Source: Neodothiora populina
Lineage: Eukaryota
Reading direction: 5' to 3'
NCBI RefSeq assembly: GCF_041146345.1
Contig: NW_027191413.1
Location: 1,240,001-1,304,000, forward strand
Length of the DNA: 64,000 bases
Notes under the pieces: model-generated
The model's database searches: none
The model's input: the letters and a program-made list of their open reading frames with translations, nothing else
Told to the model about the DNA's origin: nothing
Position numbers and translations under genes: made by a program
Shown here: in pieces, positions 1 to 10,106 of the stretch
Numbering within the stretch: position 1 is the first letter of the stretch
Layout: each line of letters starts with the position of its first letter

Positions 1-1636
1 AGCACTTTATGCAGGAGACCAAGCTGTCCGACGCCCGCGCTTGAGCGAGTCGTGACAGACCATCTCGTAGGACGAAGGCGCAAGCTTCAATGTAAAAAAT
101 ATATGTTTCGATCATGCGCAAGGAGGAATCTTGCATCTTGGCGTATCTGGTGGGAATTACCATTGTAGGACACATAATCTACAGACATGAATTTGCCATC
201 ACTGTCGTCAACTCCCCTCTGACTTGACACAATCCCATCCTTATTGAACTGGATCTCACATCTGCACCTAGAACATCGATCGATAAACTATTTTGTTAGC
301 TCCGCAGGCGCATTTCTCTTTTCATGATGCACCAAGAACACGTCCACATTGACAATTCTCTGCCGCTCTCCATCGAGCAAAATCATCTTCATCAGCCCCG
401 CGAATGTATCCTTTCCTGTGGCAATAATGCGCACCTCGGTCGTTGCACTCTAATGCGTCAAAGCGAGAGCCATGGAGTCTAGAGACCATGCCCACATCTT
501 TGACATTGGAGGCGTACTGTGACCCTTCACTTACCGGAGGCTCGATCACCTTCGAAAGTGACTTTCTGCGAGAGTGCGGTATGCGAGGACCACCCTCCTA
601 TACTTCTATGCTCACTCGAGCCTTGCCATGCTCAATAGAGGCATTCACTGCACGCGATCTCGTCGACTTTTGAGCCCTAGTCAACGTCAAGAGATAACCC
701 TTTCGTCTACCACGTTATCCACTTCCCCGCTCATGACGAACAAGTGCCGGCCAAGAATGCCTCCATATGACACCGTCTTGAGACAGTGTCGTGCGAACTT
801 ACACGCTAATATACATCGCGGTATTGCACTTGTAACATCATTTGGCGTTGTCGGCTTACCTCCTAAGGAATAGACACGGTGGGGCCCCGGGCAGGCGCGC
901 TTTCTCCACGTTTCGACATCCGCAAGATTTACCTCTCACTTTTGCACATGATGGAATCGAAAAAGACCGCGAAATGACCGATGCGTCCTGCCCTGTTCTC
1001 TATCTCTCCTCAGATGAACATTCAATATAGCAATACACACACACGCCAGCTCGCTATCGCATGCATTTGACAATATATCCTAGAGATGCAGATAATAAAT
1101 CATGTGCCGGAGGAGTCGGGCTGCACGCAACGCCCTCGCCGTCCTGATCTAGTCCAGACTTGGTTTAGTTTTCTACTTATGCCTTCATCTAGAACGGTTC
1201 GAAAGGAGGGTGAAATAAACCTTGAAAGGCTTGACAAAGCAAGCGTAGCCGCCAGGAACCGCGTCGAAAAGCGAGCGGTCGGATGGGAGGGAGCAAGAAA
1301 ACAACAACTTCCCCCGGCCTTTGAACTTCTTCATGTCAAGCCCTTGCAAACGCCGAAACTTGATCTGCTGACCACACGCCTCACAACGTCGGTATATCAA
1401 TGTACCGCTCTCTGTACTCTATTTGCTTCTGATCGACAAGGATCTCCCCAGATTTAGCTCCACAATCACAAGAACGCCCTGCTGACCCCCCCGCAAACGT
1501 GGGGAATTGCCACACAAACCTTTGGGTTGATTGTCGACCTATCTGCATAAGCCCTTGCAGATACGCTTGGTACAGAGTAAGCATTGAGTTGTGTCGGCGG
1601 TAGGATTCCGAGGGACCTATCGGACCCCATATAGAT

Positions 1637-3499
1637 ATGGATTACCACTCGGATGGTCGTCCATTTCCCTCATCACGCTCGTCTTCGCTCGACATATCAG
1701 CACCTCAACAACCTGCAGAGATTGGCATTGCGGCGCCAGGACAGACTACGAACTCATCGACAATGGCTGGAGGCATTGGACATGAACCTCTTCACTTTCC
1801 CGAGAAGGATGAGCTCGACCGAAGTGCCACCAATGACAAGTTGGTGCATGATGCCAGGCTCGCAACAAACAAGGAGCACAACATGACCCTGCTTCAAGGC
1901 ATCAAGCTCTATCCCAAGGCCATCTGCTGGTCTCTCCTCATCTCTACCTGTATTGCCATGGAAGGGTACGATGTTTGTTTACTCGGAAACTTCTATGCTT
2001 TCCCACAATTCAACCGCAAGTACGGCCAGCAACTCGCAGACGGCACATATCAAGTACCGGCGGCATGGCAAGCCGGCCTCAGCAACGGTGCCAACGTGGG
2101 CGAGATCATCGGTCTCTTCATCAATGGTTTCGTGTCTGAGCGATTCGGATACAGGTACACAGTCATGACCTGTCTCGTGTTGATCATTGCCATCACCGCA
2201 GTCTTCTTCACTGCGCAGAACGTCGAGACCCTCATGGTCGCCGAGGTCCTTGCAGGTATCCCCTGGGGTGTTTTCCAGACGCTCACCATCACCTATGCTT
2301 CTGAAGTCTGCCCCGTGGCACTTCGAGGCTACCTTACCACCTACGTCAACTTTTGCTGGGGTCTTGGTCAGCTCATCGGAATCGGCGTCATCAAGTCCAT
2401 GCTCTCGCGTGACGACCAGTGGGCGTACCGCATCCCTTATGGATTGCAGTGGATGTGGCCTGTTCCTCTTCTGATTGGTGTTCTCTGCGCTCCCGAGTCG
2501 CCATGGTGGCTCGTTCGCAAGGGTCGCATCGAGGACGCCAAAAAGTCTCTTCTGCGGCTCACTTCTCTAGACCGCGAGACCGACTTTGACGCCGACGAAA
2601 CCGTTGCCATGATGCAGCACACGACGGCACTGGAAGAGAAAATCACCAAAGGTGCGAGTTACCTAGACTGTTTCCGCGGCACCGATCTCCGACGAACGGA
2701 GATTGTCTGCATGGCATGGGCAATCCAGAACCTGAGTGGAAACTCTTTCTCAAACTACTCGACCTACTTCCTCGAGCAAGCAGGTCTGGACTCGTCAAAG
2801 GCATACAGTTTCGCGATGGGCCAGTACGCAATAAACATGGCGGGGGTACTCGGCGCTTGGTTCCTCATGACTGTCGGGCTCGGTCGACGCACCCTGTATC
2901 TCGGAGGTCTCTGCGGTCTCTGCAGCATGCTCTTCATCATGGGATTCCTGGGACTTGTGCCCGCATCTTCGCCAAACAGAGACAAAGCGTCGCTAGCCAC
3001 GGGCGCCATCATGCTCGGCTGGGCTCTGTTCTACCAGTTGACAGTCGGCACAGTATGCTACTCTCTCGTCGCCGAGCTCTCCACCCGTCGCCTGCAAATC
3101 AAGACCATCGTGCTGGGCCGAAACCTCTACAACATCGTCGGCATCGTCTGCTCCGTCCTGACGCCCTACATGCTGAACCCCACGGCATGGGACTGGGGCA
3201 ACTACGCCGGCTTCTTCTGGGCCGCCATCTGCGCCCTGTGCATCGTCTACACGTACTTCCGCATCCCCGAGCCCGCGGGCAGGACCTTCGCCGAGTTGGA
3301 TCTGCTGTTCGAGCAACGCATCAGCGCGCGCAAGTTCAAGACCACTGAAGTCGACGTGTTTGGAGACCTAGGCGATGACGCCGACCTCGCTGCCGCTAGT
3401 AAGAAAGAGGCGTATGGCACCGAGAAGATAGACGATGTCGTCGTTGTCAGCACGGAGGAAGAGAAGAGAGGGCGCACGCGCGGGGCCGCTGAGGTGTAG
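1637..3499 (+). CDS. MFS sugar porter, maltose/general alpha-glucoside permease (Mal11/Mal31/Mph-like)
   Basis: Intronless 620-aa ORF with about 12 hydrophobic segments. It carries sugar-porter motifs (MEGYD, ERFGYR, TYASEVCPVALRGYLTTYVNFCWGLGQ, PESPWWLVRKG, GRRTLY, PEPAGRTFAELDLLF) typical of fungal maltose permeases. An alternative start at ATG 1763 has a better context (acaATGg). Confidence 0.93.
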   Translation: MDYHSDGRPFPSSRSSSLDISAPQQPAEIGIAAPGQTTNSSTMAGGIGHEPLHFPEKDELDRSATNDKLVHDARLATNKEHNMTLLQGIKLYPKAICWSLLISTCIAMEGYDVCLLGNFYAFPQFNRKYGQQLADGTYQVPAAWQAGLSNGANVGEIIGLFINGFVSERFGYRYTVMTCLVLIIAITAVFFTAQNVETLMVAEVLAGIPWGVFQTLTITYASEVCPVALRGYLTTYVNFCWGLGQLIGIGVIKSMLSRDDQWAYRIPYGLQWMWPVPLLIGVLCAPESPWWLVRKGRIEDAKKSLLRLTSLDRETDFDADETVAMMQHTTALEEKITKGASYLDCFRGTDLRRTEIVCMAWAIQNLSGNSFSNYSTYFLEQAGLDSSKAYSFAMGQYAINMAGVLGAWFLMTVGLGRRTLYLGGLCGLCSMLFIMGFLGLVPASSPNRDKASLATGAIMLGWALFYQLTVGTVCYSLVAELSTRRLQIKTIVLGRNLYNIVGIVCSVLTPYMLNPTAWDWGNYAGFFWAAICALCIVYTYFRIPEPAGRTFAELDLLFEQRISARKFKTTEVDVFGDLGDDADLAAASKKEAYGTEKIDDVVVVSTEEEKRGRTRGAAEV

Positions 3500-4036
3500 T
3501 AGATACCTAGGTTCTATATGTTTAGTCCATTATAACACCTGTGGGTCTGGGTGTATCAGACGTATATAGCGATTATATTATATATGTATATACATGTATG
3601 TAACGAGCCCCACTGTTCATCCCCAAGAGAAACCTTCATGTGCATAGTCTGTCGGTGTCATGACAAGTAAGAACAGAGGAAACCCGAGAGTCCCGCCCCC
3701 GTGATTACTGCTAAGAGGATGTGAAGAATAAGAACAGAGAGGCGCGTCGGCGTTCTAGCTTCAGAGCAGAAGCATCTGTTAGCGCATAGGACATGCTATT
3801 CGCTGGTCTGGGTCCGTGGTTTGGTAGACTAGGTACACGGCGGGGATCAGAGATGGGAGACCAAGAGGTAGGAAATGCTCAATGCGCTTTTTATATTCCC
3901 TCTTCCTCCCGGTAAAGTCGGGGGGGGGCAGAGGTGGTTGGTTGCTATAAGATCTGTACAACGATATACACAAATATATCCCTGAGGAAAGAATCAAGCA
4001 AATAGAAAGAAAAACTCCGTGACCGTACTGCAAAAC

Positions 4037-7000
4037 CTACTCGTCGTCGTCGTCGTCCTCATCGCCCTCTTTCGACGACTGCTGGCGCTCGACGTATTCT
4101 CTTGCGAGAGCCTTGACTCGCTCCGCCTGGCTTTGCACAGCACCTGTTGTCGACGATGATGCCTTCTTGCTCTTCTTGCCCGCCGCTGTGCTCGTCGACA
4201 GACCCTCGAGGCTCTCCTCGAACTCGAGCCACTTCTTGAACACGAACTTGGCGCGTCTCTTCTTCATCTTCTGCGCGCTCATGCGCTCGTACAGTCTTCT
4301 GATACGGGGCGCGACGACATCTGCCGGTTCTTTCTCTGCTGTTGCGCTCTCGGACGTCAGGAGACTGCGCTCGAGATCGACGAGTTGGTCCCAGCCTTGG
4401 GTCCACTTGGGCCATTCGGCGAGCAAGCCTTCGAAGACGGTGCGGCCGCGCTCGGCGTCGCCGTTGGCGCTCTTGAACTCGAGGGCGGCGAATCGCGAAG
4501 TCACGGAGCGGTGTTCGCGTGACGGCAGAGATTGCAGAGCGCGAGGGAGAAGAGCTCGTGCGCGCGCGGGCGCGTTGAGGTTCGTGAAAAGGAAGGCGGC
4601 GTAGTTCTCCCACATCTCCGGGTGTGCGGCGCGGAAGTCTTTCTTGTTCATCATCTTCTCGAAGACGTCGTCGGCTTCCTTGAGCTTGCCTGCTTGCGTG
4701 TAGATGGATGCCAGGCGCGCGTGGATTGTGTACGGGTCTTGCATCGAACACGCGTTCTTGAACACTTCTTCCACTCGGTCGCCGTCGCCGTATGCCACCT
4801 CCAGGTTGAGCAGCGCGATCCACACGTTGAGCTTCTCGTCCTGCTCGCGCAGATGAATGGTGCGCAGAGCGCGGGCACCGATCTCGCGTGCTTTTTGCAC
4901 CTCGGACAGCTGGAGTTGGAAGGCCATGTATTGGATCCACAGCGCCGAGTCCGAGGGGGATGTCAGAAGCAGACGTTCGAAATCGGCGACAGACTGTGGG
5001 CCGTGAGCGTCTAGGTCGCCAGTTCTGTCTTCGACAATCTGTGCCTTGCGCTTGCGCTTCTTGGAGGGTGCCGTCTCGGCCTCGGTGTCTGAGGCTGCGT
5101 CGTCCTTGTTTGCACCAAGAGATCCGCTCCAGTCAAAGCCAGAAGTAGAAAGACCACCGGAAGCAGACTTCTTTGGAACTTCTTCGTCGTCAGAAGCCGA
5201 AGACTCGTCGGCAGAATCGTCCTCGCCGCTCTCTTCAGCGTCGCGGACGTTGGAGAGGTCGATGCCGCCCATCTCCTCGTCGCTGTCCTCTGCCTCTACA
5301 TCCTCGTCAACAGCAGCGCCACCATCGCTTTCCTCATCGTCTTCCATCTCCTCGTCGCTGTCGTCGGCGTTTCTGAAGTAGCTGGCCTTGAGTCCGAAAC
5401 TGATACGTCTCTTCTCGCGGTCAATGTGCAGAACCTTGGCCTTGACGGCATCGCCTGGTTCGTACAGCTTCTTGACATCCTCGACCTTGGCATCAGCAAT
5501 CTGCGTTCTGTGACAGAGACCGGACACTCTGGGCTGCGTGTTGTCGACATCAAGGAAGACACCAAACTCTTCGACCTTTCTGACCTTGGCGGTGACAATG
5601 TCTCCCATCTTGAGATCTCCAAAGCTGTTAGGAGGTGTGTAGTTTTTGTCGACATGAGACGTCTTCAAGCTCATCTGGACGTGGTTCAAGCTGGCATCGA
5701 CAGCAAGGATCTTGCCCTTGACGAGCTGATCGATCTCGACTGCGCTCTTCCACTCCTTGACAAACTGGTCACTGATGTCTGAGATGCGCACGAAAGCATC
5801 AACACGGGGTCCGAGGTTGACGATGACGCCCTTGTCAGTGACAGCCTTGACAAATCCACGGACGACATCGTTGACCTCGAGTTGAGGGATCGTAGTGATC
5901 TCTCTGTCCTCCACCGGCAGAGAAGAGGACAAAACTCTCGAGGGACGAACGGAAAGGAAGACGCGCTTGTTGGGCGCATCGATGGCAACGACGCACACCA
6001 GGACGATCTCGTTGCGGGAATGCTGCGAGGGATTGGCTTGGGTGTAGTCATCGCTCATCTCGGTCAGAGTGACAATGCCAGACAGCGACTCGCCGAGCTG
6101 GACGGTCAAAGCACGCTCGCTGACCTTTGTGACCTTGCCGGCGATGATCTGACCAACAGTGAGATCAGACAGGGCCTTGGGTGCGGATGCGCCGGTGGTG
6201 GCGGTAAGATCCAGACGCCCGTTGTTGATGTCCACATTCTTGACCGTGACCTTCAGCGCGCTGCCGACAGGGAAGTTCTTGTTGATGTCGGACAGCAATG
6301 ACACGTCACTGCTGAGATCGAGCAGGTCAATACGGCCACGAACGTTAGGGGTGATGTTGGCCCACACGTGGTTGTCACCAATATTGTTGACATATGCGAT
6401 CCATCCGCTGCCCACCTCAAGCTTGTCGAGAGTGAGGACGTCCGCATCCGACTTGAGGTCGGCGTTGGACTTTGCCGTAAGCTCAAAGACGGGGATTTTG
6501 GATTGACGATGCGAGATGGGCAGGAATCTGTGGTTGCGGGCATCGTGAATACCGAGTACGCGCACACTCAAGACCTGCTTGGGCTTGAATTGCTGAAGGG
6601 GTCTCTTGCGGTTCTTGATGTCTTCGATGTTTGAGAAGCACTCAGAAACGTCAATGCGTCCCTGGAGATTGTCTCCGAGCAGCACATTCAGCTGAGTCTC
6701 CTTTACAGAAACGATACGAGCCTTGGTCTCTTTGCCGAGGGTGAAGTCGGCAATAGAAGTCGAAACACCATCGACGGCGTTGATCACAGCCTCATTGGTG
6801 GCGGGGCGCTTGGTCTCGTCCTTCTTCTCGGCTTCGCGTTGGGTGAGAACGAAGCGCTGTTGCTGAGCATCGACGGAAAGCACTCGGGCAGAAATAGACT
6901 GATCCTTCTTCATGCCGAAAGCAGGCTGAGCCAGCTTGTCGAGAGAGACCTGGGTCTTTGGCATGAAGCCGACCAGCGCAGCAGCGAACTCGACAAAGAT

Positions 7001-9571
7001 ACCGTCGGGCGTGATGTTGCGCACGAAACCGTCGACCTCTTGACCAGCCCGGAGATCTTTGAACTTGGTGACCAAGGAACCAGCCTTGGCTGCCTTGACC
7101 AGGCCGGGCTTGTTGCTCAAGATGAGAAGGTGGCGTCTTGCAAACTTCTCCAAGACGACGAGATCCTGCAGCTTCTGTCCGACTCTGATCTGCTTGAGAA
7201 CAGAGCGGGCCTTGGACTCGGATCCATCGGAGAGCTGGTGCAGGCGGATGGTGGACTTGATGGCGGAGCCATCGAGATCAGCCATGACACTCTCGCTGGT
7301 GACCTCGGTCACTGTGACAGAGACGATCTGACCCTCCTTGATCTCGGTCCAGGCAGCCTCCTCGGTCTTGCCGAAAGCAGATCGATCCTTGCACGAGACC
7401 TTGAGGTCCTGCTCCTCGGCATCGACATCCAGCGCGTGCACGTTGACGGTCTGGCCGAGTCTAAAGTGTTGTGAGGGGTCCGAGATGTAAGCCTCGCTCA
7501 TCTCGGCGACGGGCAGCCAGGCCCTGATCCTTCCGTAGAACTGGACAACAGCACCATTGGGCTTGAGGTTGATGATGGTTCCTGGGGCTTCGTCTCCGAC
7601 ATTGATCTGGTCGTACGACTTCCAGATCTTGGCTTCAGAGTTGACGAGGGTTTTCTTCAGGGTCAGACGGATCTGCTTCTTGTCGAGGTCGACAGTCAAG
7701 ACACGTCCAGTGACGGGGAAGCCTTCCCTGAATTTCTTCTCTGGGTGCTGCAGACGGACATCTGACATGTGCATATCGGGAACGAGGGCATCGATGCCGT
7801 CGGCCAGTCGGACGAGGACTCCAGTGACGCCCTTGGCGCCGAGGATGAGCTTCTCGACGACACCCTTGACAAGAGTGCCAACCTGAACATCGTCGATGCT
7901 GAGGAAAGGCTGGTCGATGACCTTGGGTTCGAGCGAGACGTTGTAGATTCCGTCAACGGGGTTGAAGCCAAGGATTCTGGCTTTGTGAGTAGATCCGATC
8001 TTGTACTTTCCGGTGGTTTCCTCGAGAGCATCGATCTTGGTGTCGGAAACCCTCGAAATGTGAGCAAAGGCAGGATTCGAGGTTTGGGGCAGGGTCAAGA
8101 AGAGGCCCATGGAAGGCTCGACCTGATTCACCGTTGCCTCGCCGATGATTGCAGATGCTTGCAACTGAGAAGCCTTCTTCTCGGTGGCAGGAGACAAGAC
8201 CTTGAGGGTCTTGATGTGATCGAGGAATGAGACACCGACCTTCTTCTCCTCGGAAGAGTGGAAAGTGCATGTGATACGAGCCTTGACCTTGGAGCCGATC
8301 TTGAAGGTTGCCGCAATGCTGTCGACACGGCCTCCGCCGCCGCAGTGAACAATGTCGGCAGTGGCGTCGAGCATGCCCATGATTTTGCCAGCAACTCCGC
8401 CATGGCCGTTCTCGGTGATGAGAAGGTCTACGGCAGTGCCGGGCAGGAAAGCATCGACAGTGGGGGCTTCGGAGAGGTACTGCTTGTTGATGTCGCCAAT
8501 CCTGGCATTGTCGGGGGCCAGCTTGATGACCTTGTCGCTCTTCCCGGTGACGACACAAAGCATGACGGCGCCCTCGCCGACCTTTTCGATCTCGCCCCAC
8601 GCCTTTCCGAGCTCTTTCTTGGAGACGAAGCCCTTGACGTCCTGGTCGTCCAGACCGAGATCCATGACCAAACCGTGGTCTTCGACAGAGCGGACCGAGG
8701 CCTGGATGGTGGCGTGAAGGACCGCGTCTGCCATGGTCAGGCCGTTGTTCGCGGCTTTGGGATCAACGGACAGTTCGAGTCTCTTCTTGTTCTTGCGGAG
8801 GCCATTGGAGGTCGAGTCGTCGGCGGTCGAGGTTACAGTGGCACGGAGGTACTGGCCGATATGGAACAGGGAGTTCAGGTCGATGTCATCATCGTCGTCG
8901 TCGTCGTCGTCGTCGTCTCTTTCTTCCTTTTCGTTCTCTGCTTGGGCGAGTAGAGACTCGATCTTCTGGTTGACTCTTTCCGAGACGGCGGTGATGGGCA
9001 CAAAGCCAGTCAGGTTGTTGGGCAGAGCGAGAACGACATCGCGCGAGGTGATTGCGGTGACCTGACCGAGAAGCATGGTGCCGACGGCTATGTTCTTGTA
9101 GCTGAGACTCTGGACCTTGATCTTGGGGGCTCCGGAATCCGGGCCTGCGTTCTTCTTGTTCTTGGTCTTTCGCTTCTTCTTTGCAGGAGCGGCAGAATCA
9201 GCGGCGGCATCTTCTGCTCCGCCATCGTCGTCGGAGAAAACATCGCCCTCGTTCTTGGGCTTTTTCTTGCCGGCCTGTTCGAACAAGACATCTCGCTCGG
9301 CTTGTAATTTGATCTGCTTGTGCTCGAGAGGAGTCAAGACACTTGCGCCACCACGGGGAAAGGCACGATCTTCGTCTTGCAAAAGAGAAGACTCGACGGG
9401 TTTTTTCTCCTTGTCCTCGTCGGTCGTCCTTGGTTTAGACGAGGATGAAGAAGACTTCTTGTCCTTGAGGAACTTGGCGGCATCCCTCTTTATGAGACCG
9501 TCATCATCAGCCTTGTTCCTTTTGGCTGGACGCTCCTCGGCGGCAGCCTTTCTCTTGATCGGCGCCATCAT
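4037..9571 (-). CDS. RRP5: rRNA biogenesis protein Rrp5 (tandem S1 domains plus C-terminal HAT/TPR repeats)
   Basis: 1844-aa intronless ORF with the N-terminal FPRGGASVLTPLEHKQI motif and multiple S1 repeats. The C-terminal HAT region contains PQSVADFERLLL, WIQYMAFQLQLSE and ERGRTVFEGLL. Confidence 0.97.
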   Translation of the reverse strand: MMAPIKRKAAAEERPAKRNKADDDGLIKRDAAKFLKDKKSSSSSSKPRTTDEDKEKKPVESSLLQDEDRAFPRGGASVLTPLEHKQIKLQAERDVLFEQAGKKKPKNEGDVFSDDDGGAEDAAADSAAPAKKKRKTKNKKNAGPDSGAPKIKVQSLSYKNIAVGTMLLGQVTAITSRDVVLALPNNLTGFVPITAVSERVNQKIESLLAQAENEKEERDDDDDDDDDDDIDLNSLFHIGQYLRATVTSTADDSTSNGLRKNKKRLELSVDPKAANNGLTMADAVLHATIQASVRSVEDHGLVMDLGLDDQDVKGFVSKKELGKAWGEIEKVGEGAVMLCVVTGKSDKVIKLAPDNARIGDINKQYLSEAPTVDAFLPGTAVDLLITENGHGGVAGKIMGMLDATADIVHCGGGGRVDSIAATFKIGSKVKARITCTFHSSEEKKVGVSFLDHIKTLKVLSPATEKKASQLQASAIIGEATVNQVEPSMGLFLTLPQTSNPAFAHISRVSDTKIDALEETTGKYKIGSTHKARILGFNPVDGIYNVSLEPKVIDQPFLSIDDVQVGTLVKGVVEKLILGAKGVTGVLVRLADGIDALVPDMHMSDVRLQHPEKKFREGFPVTGRVLTVDLDKKQIRLTLKKTLVNSEAKIWKSYDQINVGDEAPGTIINLKPNGAVVQFYGRIRAWLPVAEMSEAYISDPSQHFRLGQTVNVHALDVDAEEQDLKVSCKDRSAFGKTEEAAWTEIKEGQIVSVTVTEVTSESVMADLDGSAIKSTIRLHQLSDGSESKARSVLKQIRVGQKLQDLVVLEKFARRHLLILSNKPGLVKAAKAGSLVTKFKDLRAGQEVDGFVRNITPDGIFVEFAAALVGFMPKTQVSLDKLAQPAFGMKKDQSISARVLSVDAQQQRFVLTQREAEKKDETKRPATNEAVINAVDGVSTSIADFTLGKETKARIVSVKETQLNVLLGDNLQGRIDVSECFSNIEDIKNRKRPLQQFKPKQVLSVRVLGIHDARNHRFLPISHRQSKIPVFELTAKSNADLKSDADVLTLDKLEVGSGWIAYVNNIGDNHVWANITPNVRGRIDLLDLSSDVSLLSDINKNFPVGSALKVTVKNVDINNGRLDLTATTGASAPKALSDLTVGQIIAGKVTKVSERALTVQLGESLSGIVTLTEMSDDYTQANPSQHSRNEIVLVCVVAIDAPNKRVFLSVRPSRVLSSSLPVEDREITTIPQLEVNDVVRGFVKAVTDKGVIVNLGPRVDAFVRISDISDQFVKEWKSAVEIDQLVKGKILAVDASLNHVQMSLKTSHVDKNYTPPNSFGDLKMGDIVTAKVRKVEEFGVFLDVDNTQPRVSGLCHRTQIADAKVEDVKKLYEPGDAVKAKVLHIDREKRRISFGLKASYFRNADDSDEEMEDDEESDGGAAVDEDVEAEDSDEEMGGIDLSNVRDAEESGEDDSADESSASDDEEVPKKSASGGLSTSGFDWSGSLGANKDDAASDTEAETAPSKKRKRKAQIVEDRTGDLDAHGPQSVADFERLLLTSPSDSALWIQYMAFQLQLSEVQKAREIGARALRTIHLREQDEKLNVWIALLNLEVAYGDGDRVEEVFKNACSMQDPYTIHARLASIYTQAGKLKEADDVFEKMMNKKDFRAAHPEMWENYAAFLFTNLNAPARARALLPRALQSLPSREHRSVTSRFAALEFKSANGDAERGRTVFEGLLAEWPKWTQGWDQLVDLERSLLTSESATAEKEPADVVAPRIRRLYERMSAQKMKKRRAKFVFKKWLEFEESLEGLSTSTAAGKKSKKASSSTTGAVQSQAERVKALAREYVERQQSSKEGDEDDDDDE

Positions 9572-9862
9572 GTGGTGGGAGGAGATGATATATTTCTGAT
9601 GAAATGCTAAAGCTTCAAAAGTTCATCTCCAAAAATTCCAGGTCATGGTCCGTGTCTTAACTCTTGGTTCGGACGGTGAGTAGATGACGATGCCATAGTT
9701 CATAGCCCGAGCAGCGCCGCTCTCGATCTTTCTTCTTTCTCTGAAGGCGGTGTCTTTTTTGTCGTAAATCGTGGCTTGTGCTGAGGGCAGAATCCTCGTC
9801 TTGGCAGCTCCTTGGAACCGCTCATCACGCGGTCCGAGCGTGTGTTCGCTCTCCGAACGAAA

Positions 9863-9968
9863 ACGCGTAACTCAAGTCTCGCGCCATTCGGTTTCTCCAG
9901 TCAAGGTAGGTAGGTGGGTTCTCCGAGGGAAGGAACGCCTCCGATGGAAGGAGCGCGTCTCGACGCGT
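9863..9968. promoter_or_regulatory. Two MCB (ACGCGT) elements in the RRP5/cdt2 divergent promoter
   Basis: Exact ACGCGT at 9863-9868 and 9963-9968, 140-245 bp upstream of the cdt2 ATG. cdt2 is a known MBF target in fission yeast. Confidence 0.55.
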
Positions 9969-10106
9969 TCTCGCCTTCTCCAGCCAATTTATCTTCTTCT
10001 GGTATCTCCATACATCATTTGCCATCATCTATCATTCTCCCATTGCGTCTTGTGATCATCGCCTGCATTCGGTGTCCTTGCCCGACTGCTCATCGCATCG
10101 ACAATA

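Noticed and set aside
2716..9599. Long alternative-frame and antisense ORFs overlapping the permease and RRP5 (e.g. 2716-3348, 4059-4940, 8258-8953)
   Set aside because: Expected by-products of high GC3 in the real genes. They are Arg/Pro-rich translations without motifs.
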